From positions 26,500 through 90,499 of the forward strand of contig CALXVD010000001.1 in assembly GCA_944391865.1 (NCBI GenBank): a stretch of 64,000 bases of DNA, read 5' to 3'. The position numbers and the translations under genes were made by a program. Origin of the DNA: an uncultured Clostridia bacterium. Lineage in GTDB: Bacteria; Bacillota; Clostridia; TANB77; CAG-508. Under the pieces are notes generated by a model. It did not search any database, was not told the DNA's origin, and saw only the letters and a list, made by a program, of their open reading frames with translations. Positions 31,077 to 43,273 of the stretch are shown one piece after another. Numbering within the stretch: position 1 is the first letter of the stretch; every line of letters starts with the position of its first letter.

Positions 31077-32826
31077 ATGGCAGATATGGTTAAATTAAAT
31101 ATTGATGGAATAGATGTAGAAGTTCCAAAAGGCACTACAATTTTGCAAGCTGCAAAGCAAGCAAACATTGATATTCCAACTCTTTGTTTTTTAAAAGAAG
31201 TAAATGCTATAGGAGATTGCAGGATATGTATAGTAGAAGTGGAACGGAAAAAAAGGATTTGCTACATCTTGTATTCAACAAGTAGAAGAAGGTATGAGAG
31301 TACATACTCATTCGAAGCAAATTATGGAGGCAAGAAAAGTAATATTAGATTTAATCTTGTCAAATCATCAAAGAGACTGCTTAACATGTACTAGAAACGG
31401 AAATTGTGAACTTCAAACACTTGCTATGCAATTTAATGTAACAGATGTAGAATATGAGGGAGAAAAAACAAAACACAAAATTGATGACTTATCACCTTCA
31501 ATAGTTAGAGATTTTAATAAGTGTATTCTTTGCAGAAGATGTATATCAACATGTAAAAACATACAAAAAATAGGTGCAATAGATTGTGTAAATAGAGGAT
31601 TTAATTCATGTGTTTCAACTGTTGGAGATAATAGTTTAAATGATGTTAACTGTACATTTTGTGGGCAATGTATTACAGCATGTCCGGTGGGAGCTCTTCG
31701 CGAAAAAGATAGTACAGATGTAGTATGGGAAAAATTAAAAGACGAAGATACATTTGTAGTTGTACAAACAGCACCAGCAGTAAGAGCAGCATTAGGAGAA
31801 GAATTTGGAATGAAAATTGGTACAAATGTAACAGGTAAAATGGTAACATCTCTTAAAATATTGGGGTTTGATAGAGTATTTGATACAAATACAGGTGCAG
31901 ATTTAACAATTATGGAAGAGGCAAATGAATTTGTAGAAAGATTTACAAATGGCGGAACACTTCCAATGATAACATCTTGTAGTCCTGGATGGGTAAAATA
32001 TATAGAAATGAATTATCCAGAATTATTAGACCATTTATCAAGTTGTAAATCACCACATGAAATGTTTGGAGCAATTTTGAAAACATATTATGCAGAAAAA
32101 GAAAATATAGATCCAAAGAAAATGTTTGTTGTATCAGTAATGCCATGTATAGCAAAAAAATTTGAAAGACAAAGAGAAGAATTAAAAAATAACGAATTAG
32201 ATAATGTAGATGCGGTAATTACAACACGTGAACTTGCAAGGATGATAAAACAAGCAAATATTGACTTTGTAGAATTAGAAGATAGCAATTTCGATAGCCC
32301 AATGGGAGAAGCAAGTGGAGCTGGAGCAATATTTGGAGTAACAGGAGGAGTAATGGAAGCGGCTCTTCGTACAGCATATGAAACAATAACAGGCACAGAA
32401 CTAAAGGAACTAAATTTCGAGGCTGTAAGGGGACAAAAAGGAATAAAAAAGGCTAGTATAAAAATTGGAGATGTAGATGTTAAAGTTGCAGTAGCAAGTG
32501 GACTTTCTAATGCAAGAAAAATAATGGAAGAGATAAAATCAGGAAAGGCAGATTATCAATTTGTAGAAATAATGGCATGCCCAGGAGGATGTATAATGGG
32601 TGGAGGACAGCCAATAAAAACATCAAAACAAAGAAGTAAATACGACGTAAAAAAATTAAGAGCAGACTGCTTATATAGCATTGATGAAAAGAGTGTGGTT
32701 AGAAAATCACATGAAAACCCAGTAATGATAAAATTATATGAAGAATATTTAGAAAAACCGGGAAGCCATAAAGCACATGAATTATTACATACAACATATC
32801 ATAAAAGAGAAAAGTATAAATTGTAA
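31077..32826 (+). CDS. hydA: [FeFe]-hydrogenase catalytic subunit, requires a +1 shift at CGG 31245
   Basis: N-terminal 2Fe-2S ferredoxin (CRICIVEVE then CGG; +1 gives GKKGFATSC), Fe-S cluster Cys motifs, H-cluster motifs TSCSPGW, MPCIAKKFE, EIMACPGGCIMGGGQP. Restored length 582 aa. Confidence 0.9.
31245..31248 (+). other. In-frame CGG, putative +1 recoding site (GAA CGG A)
   Basis: The +1 frame restores VEVEG and joins ORF 31294..32826 in phase. Confidence 0.65.
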
Positions 32827-32832
32827 TTAGAA

Positions 32833-32955
32833 TGAGAAGTGAGAAGTGGGATGTGGGAAGTGTGAAATTAGGGTAAGCCTAACAATACCTAGCCCTAAAA
32901 AGCACACCTCACACTTCGCACCTCACACCTCATAAGAACAAATTCCAATTTCCAA
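32833..32955 (+). repeat. MITE-like palindromic repeat, copy C (starts a few nt after the hydA stop)
   Basis: gagaagtgagaagtgggatgtgggaagtgtgaaattagggtaagcct...cacacctcacacttcgcacctcacacctcat...aaattccaattt. Confidence 0.85.
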
Positions 32956-33069
32956 ACAATTACCAACAAAAACTGTCAAAAAAACAATTGACAGTTTTTC
33001 CTTTTAAAAAATAAAAAAGTAACAGTTTAATTTATGCATTTATTAATACAAATTTAATATAATTTTATT

Positions 33070-33778
33070 ATGATAAAATTATATAATTTAAAAAAAATAA
33101 TAAAAATTTTGATATGTATTGCTATTATAATTTGTTTAATAATGCTTATAAGATATAAACAAAAAAACAATTCCATTTTAACATCAGCAAACAGTAAAAG
33201 TACATATAAAATATTAGTTGACGTAGAAGATTCAAAACTATTTTTGTTTGAAAACGACAACCTAATAAAAACATATAAGTGTTCTGGAGGTAAATGGTCT
33301 ACACCATCACCAATAGGAACATGGACAATTATATCTAAAGCAAAATGGGGAGAAGGATTTCGGTGGAAGTTGGATGGGATTTAATGTTCCTTGGGGAGAT
33401 TTTGGAATTCATGGTACTTTAGATCCATATTCTGTTGGCTGGGCAAGCTCACATGGCTGTATTAGGATGAATAATGAAGAAGTGGCAGAACTATATAATA
33501 TTATACCAATAGGAACTAAGGTAACAATAGTTGATGGAATATATGGAGATTTTGGAAAAGGATTAAGAAACTTAAAATCAGGAATGTATGGAGCAGATGT
33601 AATGCAAATTCAGAAAAAATTAAAAGAACTTGGATTCTTTAATGGAAGTCCAAATGGTAAATTTGGTGCAGAAACAGAAAAGGCAGTACAGAAATATTGC
33701 AAAGAGAATGGATTATACGTGAGAAAAACAATAGATATAGAACTTCAAAAACACATGGGTTTCGAACTAATAGATTAG
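33070..33778 (+). CDS. L,D-transpeptidase (YkuD domain) with C-terminal peptidoglycan-binding domain, requires a +1 shift at CGG 33361
   Basis: N-terminal TM. WGEGF then CGG. The +1 frame reads GGSWMGFNVPWGDFGIHGT...SHGCIRM (catalytic Cys motif). PG_binding-like GADVMQIQKKLKELGFFNG. Restored length 235 aa. Confidence 0.8.
33361..33364 (+). other. In-frame CGG, putative +1 recoding site (TTT CGG T -> Gly GGT)
   Basis: 0-frame reads RWKLDGI*. The +1 frame carries the YkuD catalytic core. Confidence 0.6.
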
Positions 33779-33877
33779 CTTATGTAAATTAATACATAAT
33801 AAATTGCTTTTTAGCTATTCTACTGCAAATTTACAAGTGGTATTATGTGGTAAATATAAATACAAAAGGAGATTGAT

Positions 33878-34429
33878 ATGAAAGTAAGGACAAGCATTCA
33901 TTATTTATTTGCACATAGAAAGTTAAGAGATTTGGTATTTGAAAATTGGACAAAAATGGATGAGTTATTAATGGGAGGACCAGAAGTAATCCAGAAATAC
34001 TTTTATAGCATGTGGAACGATTTAAAAAACGAACTAAGCAAAAGGGAAGATGTAGAAATAATTGACAAAGAAATCGAAATTAACCTAACAGATTTTCAAA
34101 TATCATATTCTATGTTAAGCAATAATATAAAAGCGTTTAACTTTACAATGCCAGCTCCTTTAACAGACTATTCACAAGCAAAGTATGTTACTCTAGTATT
34201 AACAGAAAAAATACCAAGATATTTTACTTTAGAATTATGTGAAAATTCATCTAAACATTTTGCTAGTAAATTGCCAGAAAATTGTAATACTGATGATTAT
34301 TATATTATTGGAGAATGGCAAATAGATTTCGAAAACAATGATTATAAACATATTAATTATGGACGAGCGTTTAGTTCCAATATAGGTGAATTTTTAGGAA
34401 AGATAAATAAAATTGTAAATAGTAATTAG
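33878..34429 (+). CDS. Hypothetical cytoplasmic protein
   Basis: 183-aa ORF with aaggag RBS. No family recognised by eye. Confidence 0.4.
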   Translation: MKVRTSIHYLFAHRKLRDLVFENWTKMDELLMGGPEVIQKYFYSMWNDLKNELSKREDVEIIDKEIEINLTDFQISYSMLSNNIKAFNFTMPAPLTDYSQAKYVTLVLTEKIPRYFTLELCENSSKHFASKLPENCNTDDYYIIGEWQIDFENNDYKHINYGRAFSSNIGEFLGKINKIVNSN

Positions 34430-34431
34430 AT

Positions 34432-34575
34432 AAATTGGAATTTGAATTAGAAGTGAGAAGTGGGATGTGGGAAGTGTGAAATTAGGGCAAGCCTTACGTA
34501 GCCTAGCTCTAAAAAGCACACCTCACACTTCACACCTCTCACATCACACTTCTCACCTCTAAATTATAATTTGTT
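34432..34575 (+). repeat. MITE-like palindromic repeat, copy D
   Basis: aaattggaatttgaattagaagtgagaagtgggatgtgggaagtgtgaaattagggcaagcct...cacacctcacacttcacacctctcacatcacacttctcacctctaaattataattt. Confidence 0.85.
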
Positions 34576-34650
34576 AAAATAAAAATAAGCAATTTATAAT
34601 TACATTGATTTAAAAATAATACCAAATTATTAAAAAATTATTACAAAATG

Positions 34651-34680
34651 TTGACAAGCCACATTTTTATATGATATTAT
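34651..34680 (+). promoter_or_regulatory. Sigma-A-type promoter candidate with extended -10, about 450 nt upstream of rpoB
   Basis: TTGACA (34651) - 18 nt - TATTAT (34675), preceded by TGA. Confidence 0.4.
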
Positions 34681-34788
34681 AATACAGCACATATTTTGTC
34701 AAAGAATATGTAGCTCTTATACAATAAGGGTGGTTAAAATAAAAAAAATAGAATCATAAAATTAATAAAATAAAAAAAGTGTAGGGAC

Positions 34789-34825
34789 GTAAGAGATACA
34801 TACGTCCATTGAGTAAAAATAATAA
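34789..34825. repeat. GTAGGG hairpin (REP-like) unit in the rpoB leader
   Basis: gtgtagggacgtaagagatacatacgtccattg. Confidence 0.7.
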
Positions 34826-35052
34826 ATATTTCTCCTACACTTTTTTGTGTTGTTTAAAATAATTAAACAAGGAGGAATTAAATATTAATTCAGGTTATAA
34901 AAATCGAAACTTATTTAGGGCAGTACGGTTTTGAGGATTATAATACATTAATATTTAAGAGGGACCTTGTTTAGTTTAGAGATTAGAAATTAGGAGTTAG
35001 AAATTTAATAACTTAGAATTTCTAAATAGATATATCTGCTCAAGAAAATATT

Positions 35053-35120
35053 GAAGTGCGAAGTGCGAAGTGCGAAGTGCGAAAGGCACACATCTCACAT
35101 CACACCTCCCACCTCTAAAT
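35053..35120 (+). repeat. Partial MITE-like element with 4 tandem GAAGTGC heptamers, abutting the rpoB RBS
   Basis: gaagtgcgaagtgcgaagtgcgaagtgcgaaaggcacacatctcacatcacacctcccacctc, directly followed by taaataagggag. Confidence 0.8.
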
Positions 35121-35127
35121 AAGGGAG

Positions 35128-38100
35128 TTGATTTATTTGTTAAAAGACTTAAAATACGAAAAGACTACAAGAAAAACATTTGCAAGAATTGGAGATTTCA
35201 TAGAAATTCCAAATCTTATTCAAGTTCAAAAAGATTCTTATGATTGGTTTGTAAAAGAAGGACTTGGAGAAGTACTTAAAGATATTTCACCAATTATTGA
35301 TTATTCTGGTAATTTAGTTCTTGAATTTTTCGATTATTATATGGAAGAAAAAACTAAATATTCTTTAGAAGAAGCAAAAGAAAGAGATGCAACTTACTCA
35401 ACAAGGTTACATGTTAAAGTAAGGCTTATTAATCGTGAAACTGGAGAAATTAAAGAACAAGAAATCTATTTAGGAGATTTCCCTTTAATGACAGATAGTG
35501 GTACATTCGTAATTAATGGTGCAGAAAGAGTTGTTGTAAGCCAACTTGTACGTTCACCAGGATGCTACTATGAATCAGATTATGACAAAACAGGTAAAAA
35601 ACTATATAAATCTACGGTTATGCCAATTAGAGGTGCATGGCTTGAGTATGAAACAGACAGCAATGATGTTTTTTATGTAAGAATAGATAGAACAAGAAAG
35701 TTACCTGTAACAGTTCTATTAAGAGCAATAGGATTAGTTTCAGATGACCAAATAATAGAAGTATTTGGAGAAGACGAAAAGATTCTTGCAACTATTGCAA
35801 AAGATACAGTAAAAACAAGTGAGGAAGCAATAGTTGAAATATACAAAAAATTAAGACCAGGAGAACTTCCAACAGTTGATGCCGCAAGAAACCTATTTAA
35901 TAATTTATTCTTCGATCCAAGAAGATATGATTTAGCAAAAGTAGGAAGATATAAATTTAATAAAAAATTAAATTTAGCATCAAGAATAGCAGGACAGGTA
36001 GCATATAACGATATCCTAAACAATGAAACAGGAGAAATATTAGTAGAAAAAGATGCAGTTATTTCAAAAGAAGTTGCAAAAGAAATTCAAGATTCAGGAA
36101 TAAATATTGTTGATGTTAAAGTAAATGATAAAAAAGTAAGAGTAATTGGAAATGGTACAGTTGATATTAGAGCATATGTTGACATAGACAAATTAGGAAT
36201 AAAAATTAAAGAGTTAGTTAATTATGAAGTACTAAAAAATATATTAGACAATACAGATGAAAAAGACCTAAAGAAAGTAATAGAAGAAAGAGAAGAAGAA
36301 TTAGTTCCAAAACATATTGTTACAGAAGATATGATTTCATCAGTAAACTATCTACTAAATTTACAATATGGACTAGGAAAAGTTGATGACATTGACCATT
36401 TAGGAAATAGACGTATCAGATGTGTTGGTGAGCTATTACAAAATCAATTTAGAATTGGTCTTACAAGACTTGAAAGAGTTGTTCGCGAAAGAATGACAAT
36501 ACAAGACCTAGATGTCATAACACCACAAACATTAATAAACACAAAACCAATAACTTCATCAATAAGAGAATTCTTTGGTAGTTCACAATTATCACAATTT
36601 ATGGATCAAACAAACCCATTATCAGAATTAACACATAAAAGAAGAATTTCAGCATTAGGACCTGGAGGACTTTCAAGAGAAAGAGCAGGATTCGAAGTTC
36701 GTGACGTACACTATACTCACTACGGAAGACTTTGCCCAATAGAATCTCCAGAAGGACCAAACATTGGGTTAATATCTGCACTTTCAACATTTGCAGTAAT
36801 TAACGAGTATGGATTTGTAGAAACTCCATATAGAAAAATAGATCCAAAAACACATAGAGTAACAGACGAAGTAAGATACATGACAGCAGATGAAGAAGAT
36901 GAATACATAATTGCACAAGCAACAGAGCCTATGACAAAAGACGGAAAATTTGTACATAAAATGATAAGAGTAAGATACTTAGACGAAGTAACAGAAGTAG
37001 AAGCAGAAAAAGTAGACTACATAGATGTATCTCCAAAACAATTAGTATCTGTTGGTGCAGCAATGATTCCTTTCTTAGAGCATGATGACGCAAACCGTGC
37101 GCTAATGGGAGCAAACATGCAACGTCAGGCAGTGCCACTTATGATTACAGACTCTCCAATAGTTGGAACAGGTATAGAATACAAAGCTGCAAAGGACTCT
37201 GGAATAACAGTACTTGCTAAAAATGATGGTGTAGTTGAAAAAGTAACTGGAGACGAAATTATCATAAAAACAAAATCAGGCGAAAAAGATACATATAAAC
37301 TACGTAAATTCAAAAGAACAAATGGTGGAACATGTATTAATCAACATCCAATAGTTGTAAAAGGAGAAAAAGTAAAAGCAAATGATGTAATTGCAGACGG
37401 ACCTTCTACACAAAATGGAGAAATGGCACTTGGTAAAAACGTACTTATAGCATTTACAACTTGGGAAGGATATAACTACGAGGATGCTATTCTATTAAGT
37501 GAAAGATTAGTAAAAGAAGATGTTTACACATCTATACATATAGAAGAATATGATTGCGAATGTAGAGATACAAAACTTGGAGCAGAAGAAATAACAAGAG
37601 ACATTCCAAACATAGGTGAAGAAAACTTAAAAGACTTAGATGAAAACGGTATAATAAGAATAGGTGCAGAAGTAAGACCTGGAGATATCTTAGTTGGAAA
37701 AGTTACTCCAAAAGGAGAAACAGAATTATCAGCAGAAGAAAGATTACTACGTGCAATATTTGGAGAAAAAGCAAGAGAGGTAAGAGATACATCACTTAGA
37801 GTACCACATGGAGAAGCAGGAACAATAGTTGATGTAAAAGTATATAACAGAGAAAATTCTGACGAACTTGCACCAGGGGTAAATGAAGTAATTCGTGTAT
37901 ATATAGCACAAAAAAGGAAAATATCAGTCGGAGATAAAATGGCCGGACGTCATGGTAACAAAGGTGTTATTTCAAGAATATTACCAGTTGAAGATATGCC
38001 ATTTATGCCAGATGGAACACCAGTTGATGTTGTATTAAATCCATTAGGTGTACCTTCACGTATGAACTTAGGTCAAGTTTTGGAAGTTCACTTAGGTGCA

Positions 38101-38871
38101 GCAGCAAGATTGCTTGGAATTAAAGTTGCAACACCTGTATTTGATGGTGCAACAGAAGAAGATATAGTAGAATTATTAAAAGAATCTGGATTATCAGAGG
38201 ACGGAAAAACAATTCTTTATGATGGTAGAACAGGAGAACCATTTGACAAGCCTATCACAGTTGGTGTAATGTATATGCTTAAACTTCACCACTTAGTAGA
38301 TGATAAAATACATGCTCGTTCAACTGGACCATACTCTTTAGTTACACAACAACCTCTTGGAGGTAAAGCTCAATTTGGTGGACAAAGATTTGGAGAAATG
38401 GAGGTTTGGGCGCTAGAAGCATATGGTGCAGCATATACACTTCAAGAAATCTTAACAATAAAATCTGACGATGTAGTAGGAAGAGTAAAAACATACGAAG
38501 CAATTGTTAAAGGAGAAAATGTTCCAGAACCAGGAGTTCCAGAAAGCTTTAAAGTATTAGTAAAAGAATTACAAAGCTTAGGACTAGATGTTCGCCTATA
38601 TTCGGAAGATGATGAAGAACTAGAACTAAAAGAGAACATAGATGAGGGGATAGATTTAAATCTAGAAGACTTAAATAAAGTTATGCCAGAAGAAGATGCA
38701 GTTGTAGATGAAGAGGAAATTTCAGGAGATTTCATAGAAGAATTTGATGAAGATATCAGTGAAGAAGACTTAAGTGAAGAAGACATAGCTTTAGGAGAAG
38801 ACTCTGAAATATTTGATAATGACCTTGCAACAGATAATCTTTTAAATGACAAAGATATTTTAGACGAATAA
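35128..38871 (+). CDS. rpoB: DNA-directed RNA polymerase beta subunit
   Basis: Full-length RpoB signatures ([62 protein letters not shown]). TTG start at 35128 or 35137 (RBS gggag favours 35137). Acidic C-terminal tail. Confidence 0.95.
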   Translation: MIYLLKDLKYEKTTRKTFARIGDFIEIPNLIQVQKDSYDWFVKEGLGEVLKDISPIIDYSGNLVLEFFDYYMEEKTKYSLEEAKERDATYSTRLHVKVRLINRETGEIKEQEIYLGDFPLMTDSGTFVINGAERVVVSQLVRSPGCYYESDYDKTGKKLYKSTVMPIRGAWLEYETDSNDVFYVRIDRTRKLPVTVLLRAIGLVSDDQIIEVFGEDEKILATIAKDTVKTSEEAIVEIYKKLRPGELPTVDAARNLFNNLFFDPRRYDLAKVGRYKFNKKLNLASRIAGQVAYNDILNNETGEILVEKDAVISKEVAKEIQDSGINIVDVKVNDKKVRVIGNGTVDIRAYVDIDKLGIKIKELVNYEVLKNILDNTDEKDLKKVIEEREEELVPKHIVTEDMISSVNYLLNLQYGLGKVDDIDHLGNRRIRCVGELLQNQFRIGLTRLERVVRERMTIQDLDVITPQTLINTKPITSSIREFFGSSQLSQFMDQTNPLSELTHKRRISALGPGGLSRERAGFEVRDVHYTHYGRLCPIESPEGPNIGLISALSTFAVINEYGFVETPYRKIDPKTHRVTDEVRYMTADEEDEYIIAQATEPMTKDGKFVHKMIRVRYLDEVTEVEAEKVDYIDVSPKQLVSVGAAMIPFLEHDDANRALMGANMQRQAVPLMITDSPIVGTGIEYKAAKDSGITVLAKNDGVVEKVTGDEIIIKTKSGEKDTYKLRKFKRTNGGTCINQHPIVVKGEKVKANDVIADGPSTQNGEMALGKNVLIAFTTWEGYNYEDAILLSERLVKEDVYTSIHIEEYDCECRDTKLGAEEITRDIPNIGEENLKDLDENGIIRIGAEVRPGDILVGKVTPKGETELSAEERLLRAIFGEKAREVRDTSLRVPHGEAGTIVDVKVYNRENSDELAPGVNEVIRVYIAQKRKISVGDKMAGRHGNKGVISRILPVEDMPFMPDGTPVDVVLNPLGVPSRMNLGQVLEVHLGAAARLLGIKVATPVFDGATEEDIVELLKESGLSEDGKTILYDGRTGEPFDKPITVGVMYMLKLHHLVDDKIHARSTGPYSLVTQQPLGGKAQFGGQRFGEMEVWALEAYGAAYTLQEILTIKSDDVVGRVKTYEAIVKGENVPEPGVPESFKVLVKELQSLGLDVRLYSEDDEELELKENIDEGIDLNLEDLNKVMPEEDAVVDEEEISGDFIEEFDEDISEEDLSEEDIALGEDSEIFDNDLATDNLLNDKDILDE

Positions 38872-38875
38872 AAGA

Positions 38876-38998
38876 GAAACGAATGAAAATCGGCATCTTG
38901 CACATTTTTGTTTTCAATAAAAATCCTCAACGTGCACACGCACGCCTCCGGTTTTTATTTCAACTAAAATGCACAATATACCAATTTTGCTTCGTTTC
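38876..38998. repeat. Long imperfect palindrome (arms about 50 nt), followed by a GTAGGG unit at 39019..39050
   Basis: gaaacgaatgaaaatcggcatcttgcacatttttgttttcaataaaaa / tttttatttcaactaaaatgcacaatataccaattttgcttcgtttc. Confidence 0.65.
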
Positions 38999-39189
38999 AT
39001 AAAAGACATTGTAAACTCTGTAGGGACGGCAAGAAAGCCGTCCGTACGCTAGCAAAAAATGTATTGAAAATCATAACTGAATATCTGCAATATAATAAAA
39101 TTAAATCACAGGAAGGAATTGTTCGAGCAGTGTATATTTAATTTTAGAGATATTGTACACACGAATTTTTGAAGGAGGAAAGAGCCTTA

Positions 39190-42100
39190 ATGGAAAATAA
39201 AGAAGTAAAAGATGAATTAGAGATATTCAACAAATTAAAAGTTGGTTTAGCTTCAGATGAAAAGATAAGAGAATGGTCAAAAGGTGAAGTAAAAAAACCA
39301 GAAACAATTAATTACAGAACTCTAAAACCAGAAAAAGATGGTCTATTCTGCGAGAAAATATTTGGACCAACCAAAGACTGGGAATGCCATTGTGGTAAAT
39401 ATAAAAGAGTAAGATATAAAGGTATAATATGCGATAGATGTGGTGTTGAAGTTACAAAATCAAAGGTAAGACGTGAAAGAATGGGACACATTGAACTTGC
39501 AGCTCCAGTTGCTCATATTTGGTATTTTAAAGGAATACCAAGTAGAGTTGCATTAATACTAGATATATCTCCAAGAAGTCTAGAAAAAGTTATATACTTT
39601 GCCTCATACATAGTACTTGACAAAGGAAAAACAGATCTTACAAAATGCCAAGTACTAACAGAAAAAGAATATAGAGAAGCAGAAGAAAAATATGGTAAAG
39701 GTTCATTTGTAGCAAAAATGGGGGCAGAAGCAATAAGAACTTTATTACAAGAAGTTGACCTAGATAAATTATCAAACAAATTGAAAAAAGAACTAGAGAA
39801 AGCAAGTGAACAAAAAAAGGCAAAACTAGTAAAAAGATTAGATACAGTAGAAAGTTTTAGATTATCTGGAAATAAACCAGAATGGATGATAATGAGTGTT
39901 ATTCCAGTTATACCACCAGAACTAAGACCAATGGTTCAATTAGATGGTGGAAGATTTGCTACATCTGATTTAAACGATTTATATAGAAGAGTTATAAACA
40001 GAAATAACAGGCTAAAAAGATTATTAGAATTAGGAGCACCAGAAATAATTGTAAGAAATGAAAAGAGAATGTTACAAGAATCTGTAGATGCTTTAATAGA
40101 TAATGGAAGACGCGGAAGACCAGTTACAGGTGCTGGAAACAGACCTTTAAAATCTTTATCAGATATGCTTAAAGGAAAACAAGGACGTTTCCGTCAAAAC
40201 TTACTTGGAAAACGTGTTGACTATTCAGGACGTTCAGTTATAGTAGTTGGACCAGAACTTAAAATTTATCAATGCGGACTTCCAAAAGAAATGGCAATAG
40301 AACTTTTCAAACCATTTGTAATGCGTGAATTAGTAGGAAGAGGACTTGCTCATAACATAAAAAATGCAAAGAGAATGGTAGAAAGATTAAGACCAGAAGT
40401 ATGGGACATATTAGAAGAAGTAATTGCAGACCATCCTGTTATGCTAAACCGTGCACCAACTCTACATAGATTAGGTATACAAGCATTTGAACCAGTATTA
40501 GTAGAAGGAAGAGCAATAAAATTACATCCATTAGTTTGTACAGCATTCAATGCTGACTTCGACGGAGACCAAATGGCAGTACACGTTCCATTATCTCCAG
40601 AAGCACAAGCAGAAGCAAGATATTTAATGTTATCTGTAAACAACCTATTAAAACCACAAGATGGTAAACCAGTTACAGTTCCTACACAAGATATGATACT
40701 TGGTAGCTACTACCTAACAATGCAAATAGACGGAGAAAAAGGCGAAGGAATGTACTTTAAAGATGTAGATGAAGCATTACTTGCTTACCAAAACGGAGAT
40801 GTAGGACTACATGCAAAAGTTAAAGTAAGAATAACTAAAGAAATAAACGGAGAAAAGCAAACAAGACCAATAATTGCAACAATAGGAAGATTAATATACA
40901 ATGAACAAATCCCACAAGATTTAGGATTTGTAGACAGAACAGATCCTGAAAAAGCATTCGACTTAGAAATAGATTTTCCAGTTATGAAAAAGAACTTAGG
41001 AACAATTATTGCAAAATGTATAGATAAACACGGATTAAACAGATCTGCAGAACTTTTAGATTATATTAAAGCACTAGGATTTAAATATTCTACAAAAGGT
41101 GCAATCACAGTTTCTGTTCATGACGTTGCAGTACCAGAAGCTAAAAAGAAAATACTAGCAGACAGTGAAAAACAAGTAGAAGAAATAGGAAAACAATACA
41201 AACGTGGTTTAATAACAGAAGACGAAAGATATTCTTCTATCATTAAAGTATGGGAAAAGGCAACAAATGATGTTACAGAAGCAATGAAAGATAACTTTGA
41301 TGACTTAAACCCAATATACATGATGGCTCAATCTGGAGCAAGAGGTAACATGAACCAATTACGTCAAATTGCTGGTATGCGTGGACTTATGGCAAACACA
41401 TCAGGAAAAGCAGTTGAAATACCAATTAAATCATGCTTTAGAGAAGGACTAGATGTTCTAGAATACTTTATTTCTTCACACGGTGCTAGAAAAGGTTTAG
41501 CAGATACTGCCTTGAGAACAGCAGACTCTGGATACTTAACAAGAAGATTAGTTGATGTATCTCAAGATATAATTGTAAGAGAACACGACTGTGGAACAAC
41601 AGAAGGTATAGAAATAGAAGATATAAAAGACGGAAACCAAATAATAGAAAAACTAGACGAAAGGTTAGTTGGTAGATATCCTCTTCACAATATAGTAGAT
41701 CCTGAAACAAAAGAAGTACTTGCAGATACGGACACATTAATCACACCAGATATTGCAGAAAAAATAATAAAAGCAGGAATAACAAAAGTAGAAGTTCGTT
41801 CAGTTCTAGGATGCAAAACAAAACATGGTGTTTGTTCAAAATGTTATGGTATGGGGCTTGCAACAAGAAAAGAAGTAAATATAGGAGAAGCAGTTGGTAT
41901 AATCGCTGCACAATCAATTGGTGAACCTGGTACACAGCTTACAATGAGAACATTCCATACAGGTGGTGTTGCAGGAGGAGATATAACACAAGGTCTTCCA
42001 AGGGTTGAAGAGCTATTCGAAGCAAGAAAACCAAAAGGACTTGCAGTAATTTCAGAAATCGATGGAACAGTTAAAGTAGAAGAAGTTAAAAAGAGAAAAG

Positions 42101-42732
42101 AAGTAACAATTACAAGTAAAGATAACTCTAAAACTTATGTAATCAGCTTCGGCTCTAAATTAAAAGTAAAAAATGGAGATGAAATAAAAGCAGGTGATCC
42201 AATTACAGAAGGATCAATAAATCCAAACGAAATACTTGCAATAAAAGGACCAGAAGGAGTATATAAATACTTGATTTCAGAAGTACAAAAAGTATATAGA
42301 AACCAAGGTGTTGATATCAACGATAAACACATAGAAGTAATTGGAAGACAAATGCTTAAGAAAATAAAAGTAGAAGACAATGGAGATACTTCAATGTTTG
42401 CTGGTTCACTAGTAGATATTAATGAATTTAATGAGGAAAATGAAAAAGTTGTAGCAGAAGGAAAGACACCTGCAAAAGGAACAAGAGTACTACTTGGAAT
42501 AACAAAAGCATCACTTGCAACAGAAAGTTTCTTATCTGCAGCATCATTCCAAGAAACAACAAGAGTATTAACAGAAGCTGCAATAAAAGGAAAAGTAGAT
42601 TCATTAATAGGACTAAAAGAAAATGTAATTATAGGAAAATTAATACCTGCAGGTACAGGAATGTCAATATACAGAAATATTCATATAAATACAGAAGAAC
42701 AAGAAAATAAAACAGGAGAATCAGTAGAATAA
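39190..42732 (+). CDS. rpoC: DNA-directed RNA polymerase beta' subunit
   Basis: Zinc finger [35 protein letters not shown] catalytic motif, full-length homology. aggagg RBS supports ATG 39190. Confidence 0.95.
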   Translation: MENKEVKDELEIFNKLKVGLASDEKIREWSKGEVKKPETINYRTLKPEKDGLFCEKIFGPTKDWECHCGKYKRVRYKGIICDRCGVEVTKSKVRRERMGHIELAAPVAHIWYFKGIPSRVALILDISPRSLEKVIYFASYIVLDKGKTDLTKCQVLTEKEYREAEEKYGKGSFVAKMGAEAIRTLLQEVDLDKLSNKLKKELEKASEQKKAKLVKRLDTVESFRLSGNKPEWMIMSVIPVIPPELRPMVQLDGGRFATSDLNDLYRRVINRNNRLKRLLELGAPEIIVRNEKRMLQESVDALIDNGRRGRPVTGAGNRPLKSLSDMLKGKQGRFRQNLLGKRVDYSGRSVIVVGPELKIYQCGLPKEMAIELFKPFVMRELVGRGLAHNIKNAKRMVERLRPEVWDILEEVIADHPVMLNRAPTLHRLGIQAFEPVLVEGRAIKLHPLVCTAFNADFDGDQMAVHVPLSPEAQAEARYLMLSVNNLLKPQDGKPVTVPTQDMILGSYYLTMQIDGEKGEGMYFKDVDEALLAYQNGDVGLHAKVKVRITKEINGEKQTRPIIATIGRLIYNEQIPQDLGFVDRTDPEKAFDLEIDFPVMKKNLGTIIAKCIDKHGLNRSAELLDYIKALGFKYSTKGAITVSVHDVAVPEAKKKILADSEKQVEEIGKQYKRGLITEDERYSSIIKVWEKATNDVTEAMKDNFDDLNPIYMMAQSGARGNMNQLRQIAGMRGLMANTSGKAVEIPIKSCFREGLDVLEYFISSHGARKGLADTALRTADSGYLTRRLVDVSQDIIVREHDCGTTEGIEIEDIKDGNQIIEKLDERLVGRYPLHNIVDPETKEVLADTDTLITPDIAEKIIKAGITKVEVRSVLGCKTKHGVCSKCYGMGLATRKEVNIGEAVGIIAAQSIGEPGTQLTMRTFHTGGVAGGDITQGLPRVEELFEARKPKGLAVISEIDGTVKVEEVKKRKEVTITSKDNSKTYVISFGSKLKVKNGDEIKAGDPITEGSINPNEILAIKGPEGVYKYLISEVQKVYRNQGVDINDKHIEVIGRQMLKKIKVEDNGDTSMFAGSLVDINEFNEENEKVVAEGKTPAKGTRVLLGITKASLATESFLSAASFQETTRVLTEAAIKGKVDSLIGLKENVIIGKLIPAGTGMSIYRNIHINTEEQENKTGESVE

Positions 42733-42737
42733 AACGA

Positions 42738-42770
42738 ACAGAGGGGAATTTATTTCTCCTCTGTTTTGTT
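42738..42770 (+). terminator. Rho-independent terminator of rpoC
   Basis: cagagggga-atttatt-tctcctctg stem + T-run. Confidence 0.75.
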
Positions 42771-42818
42771 GTATAAATATAAATTTAGATTTATTTGATT
42801 AAATTAATTGCAAATATT

Positions 42819-43056
42819 TGTAGGGGTCGACGTCCTCGGCGACCCACCCTTCAGAGAAATCGCTAAAATTAAGATTGATCAGTTAAAAACATAAATTTAT
42901 TCAGGCTCCTCGGCTCAATACGTGTTTTAGCAATTCTAGCGTTAAATTTAAGCGAGGCCTCTTAAGTCTCCCGCTTCCTCCTTCAATTTTCCTTAAGAAT
43001 TGCACAAACACTCCAATCACATTCGTCGCTTCATAAATTGATGTATTTTAACTGAT
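42819..43056. repeat. GTAGGG unit followed by a long imperfect palindrome (42878..43056)
   Basis: tgtaggggtcgacgtcctcggcgaccc. Outer arms atcagttaaaaacataaatttat / ataaattgatgtattttaactgat. Flank agaaatcgctaaa is also present at 8676. Confidence 0.55.
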
Positions 43057-43117
43057 TTTATTAACACACTATAAATTGTAGAGTAGCGCGAAGAGATTTA
43101 AAAAAATAATTTAATCA

Positions 43118-43170
43118 TTTCCAATTTCCCACCTTCCACCTCACACATCTCACCGCTAAATTACAATTAA
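43118..43170. repeat. Half MITE-like element (pyrimidine arm only)
   Basis: atttccaatttcccaccttccacctcacacatctcaccgctaaatt. Confidence 0.6.
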
Positions 43171-43273
43171 TTTTATAATAAAAATAAATTCAAATTATAT
43201 ATTGAAATCCCATAAATCTAATGCTAAAATAAAGATGTTAAAATCCGACAAAATATTTAAATAGGGGGATAAA

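Noticed and set aside
38590-38871. Highly acidic ~90-aa C-terminal tail of RpoB as an unusual fusion
   Set aside because: Overall length (about 1245 aa) is within the range I recall for clostridial RpoB, and acidic C-terminal tails are common. Not distinctive without a comparison.
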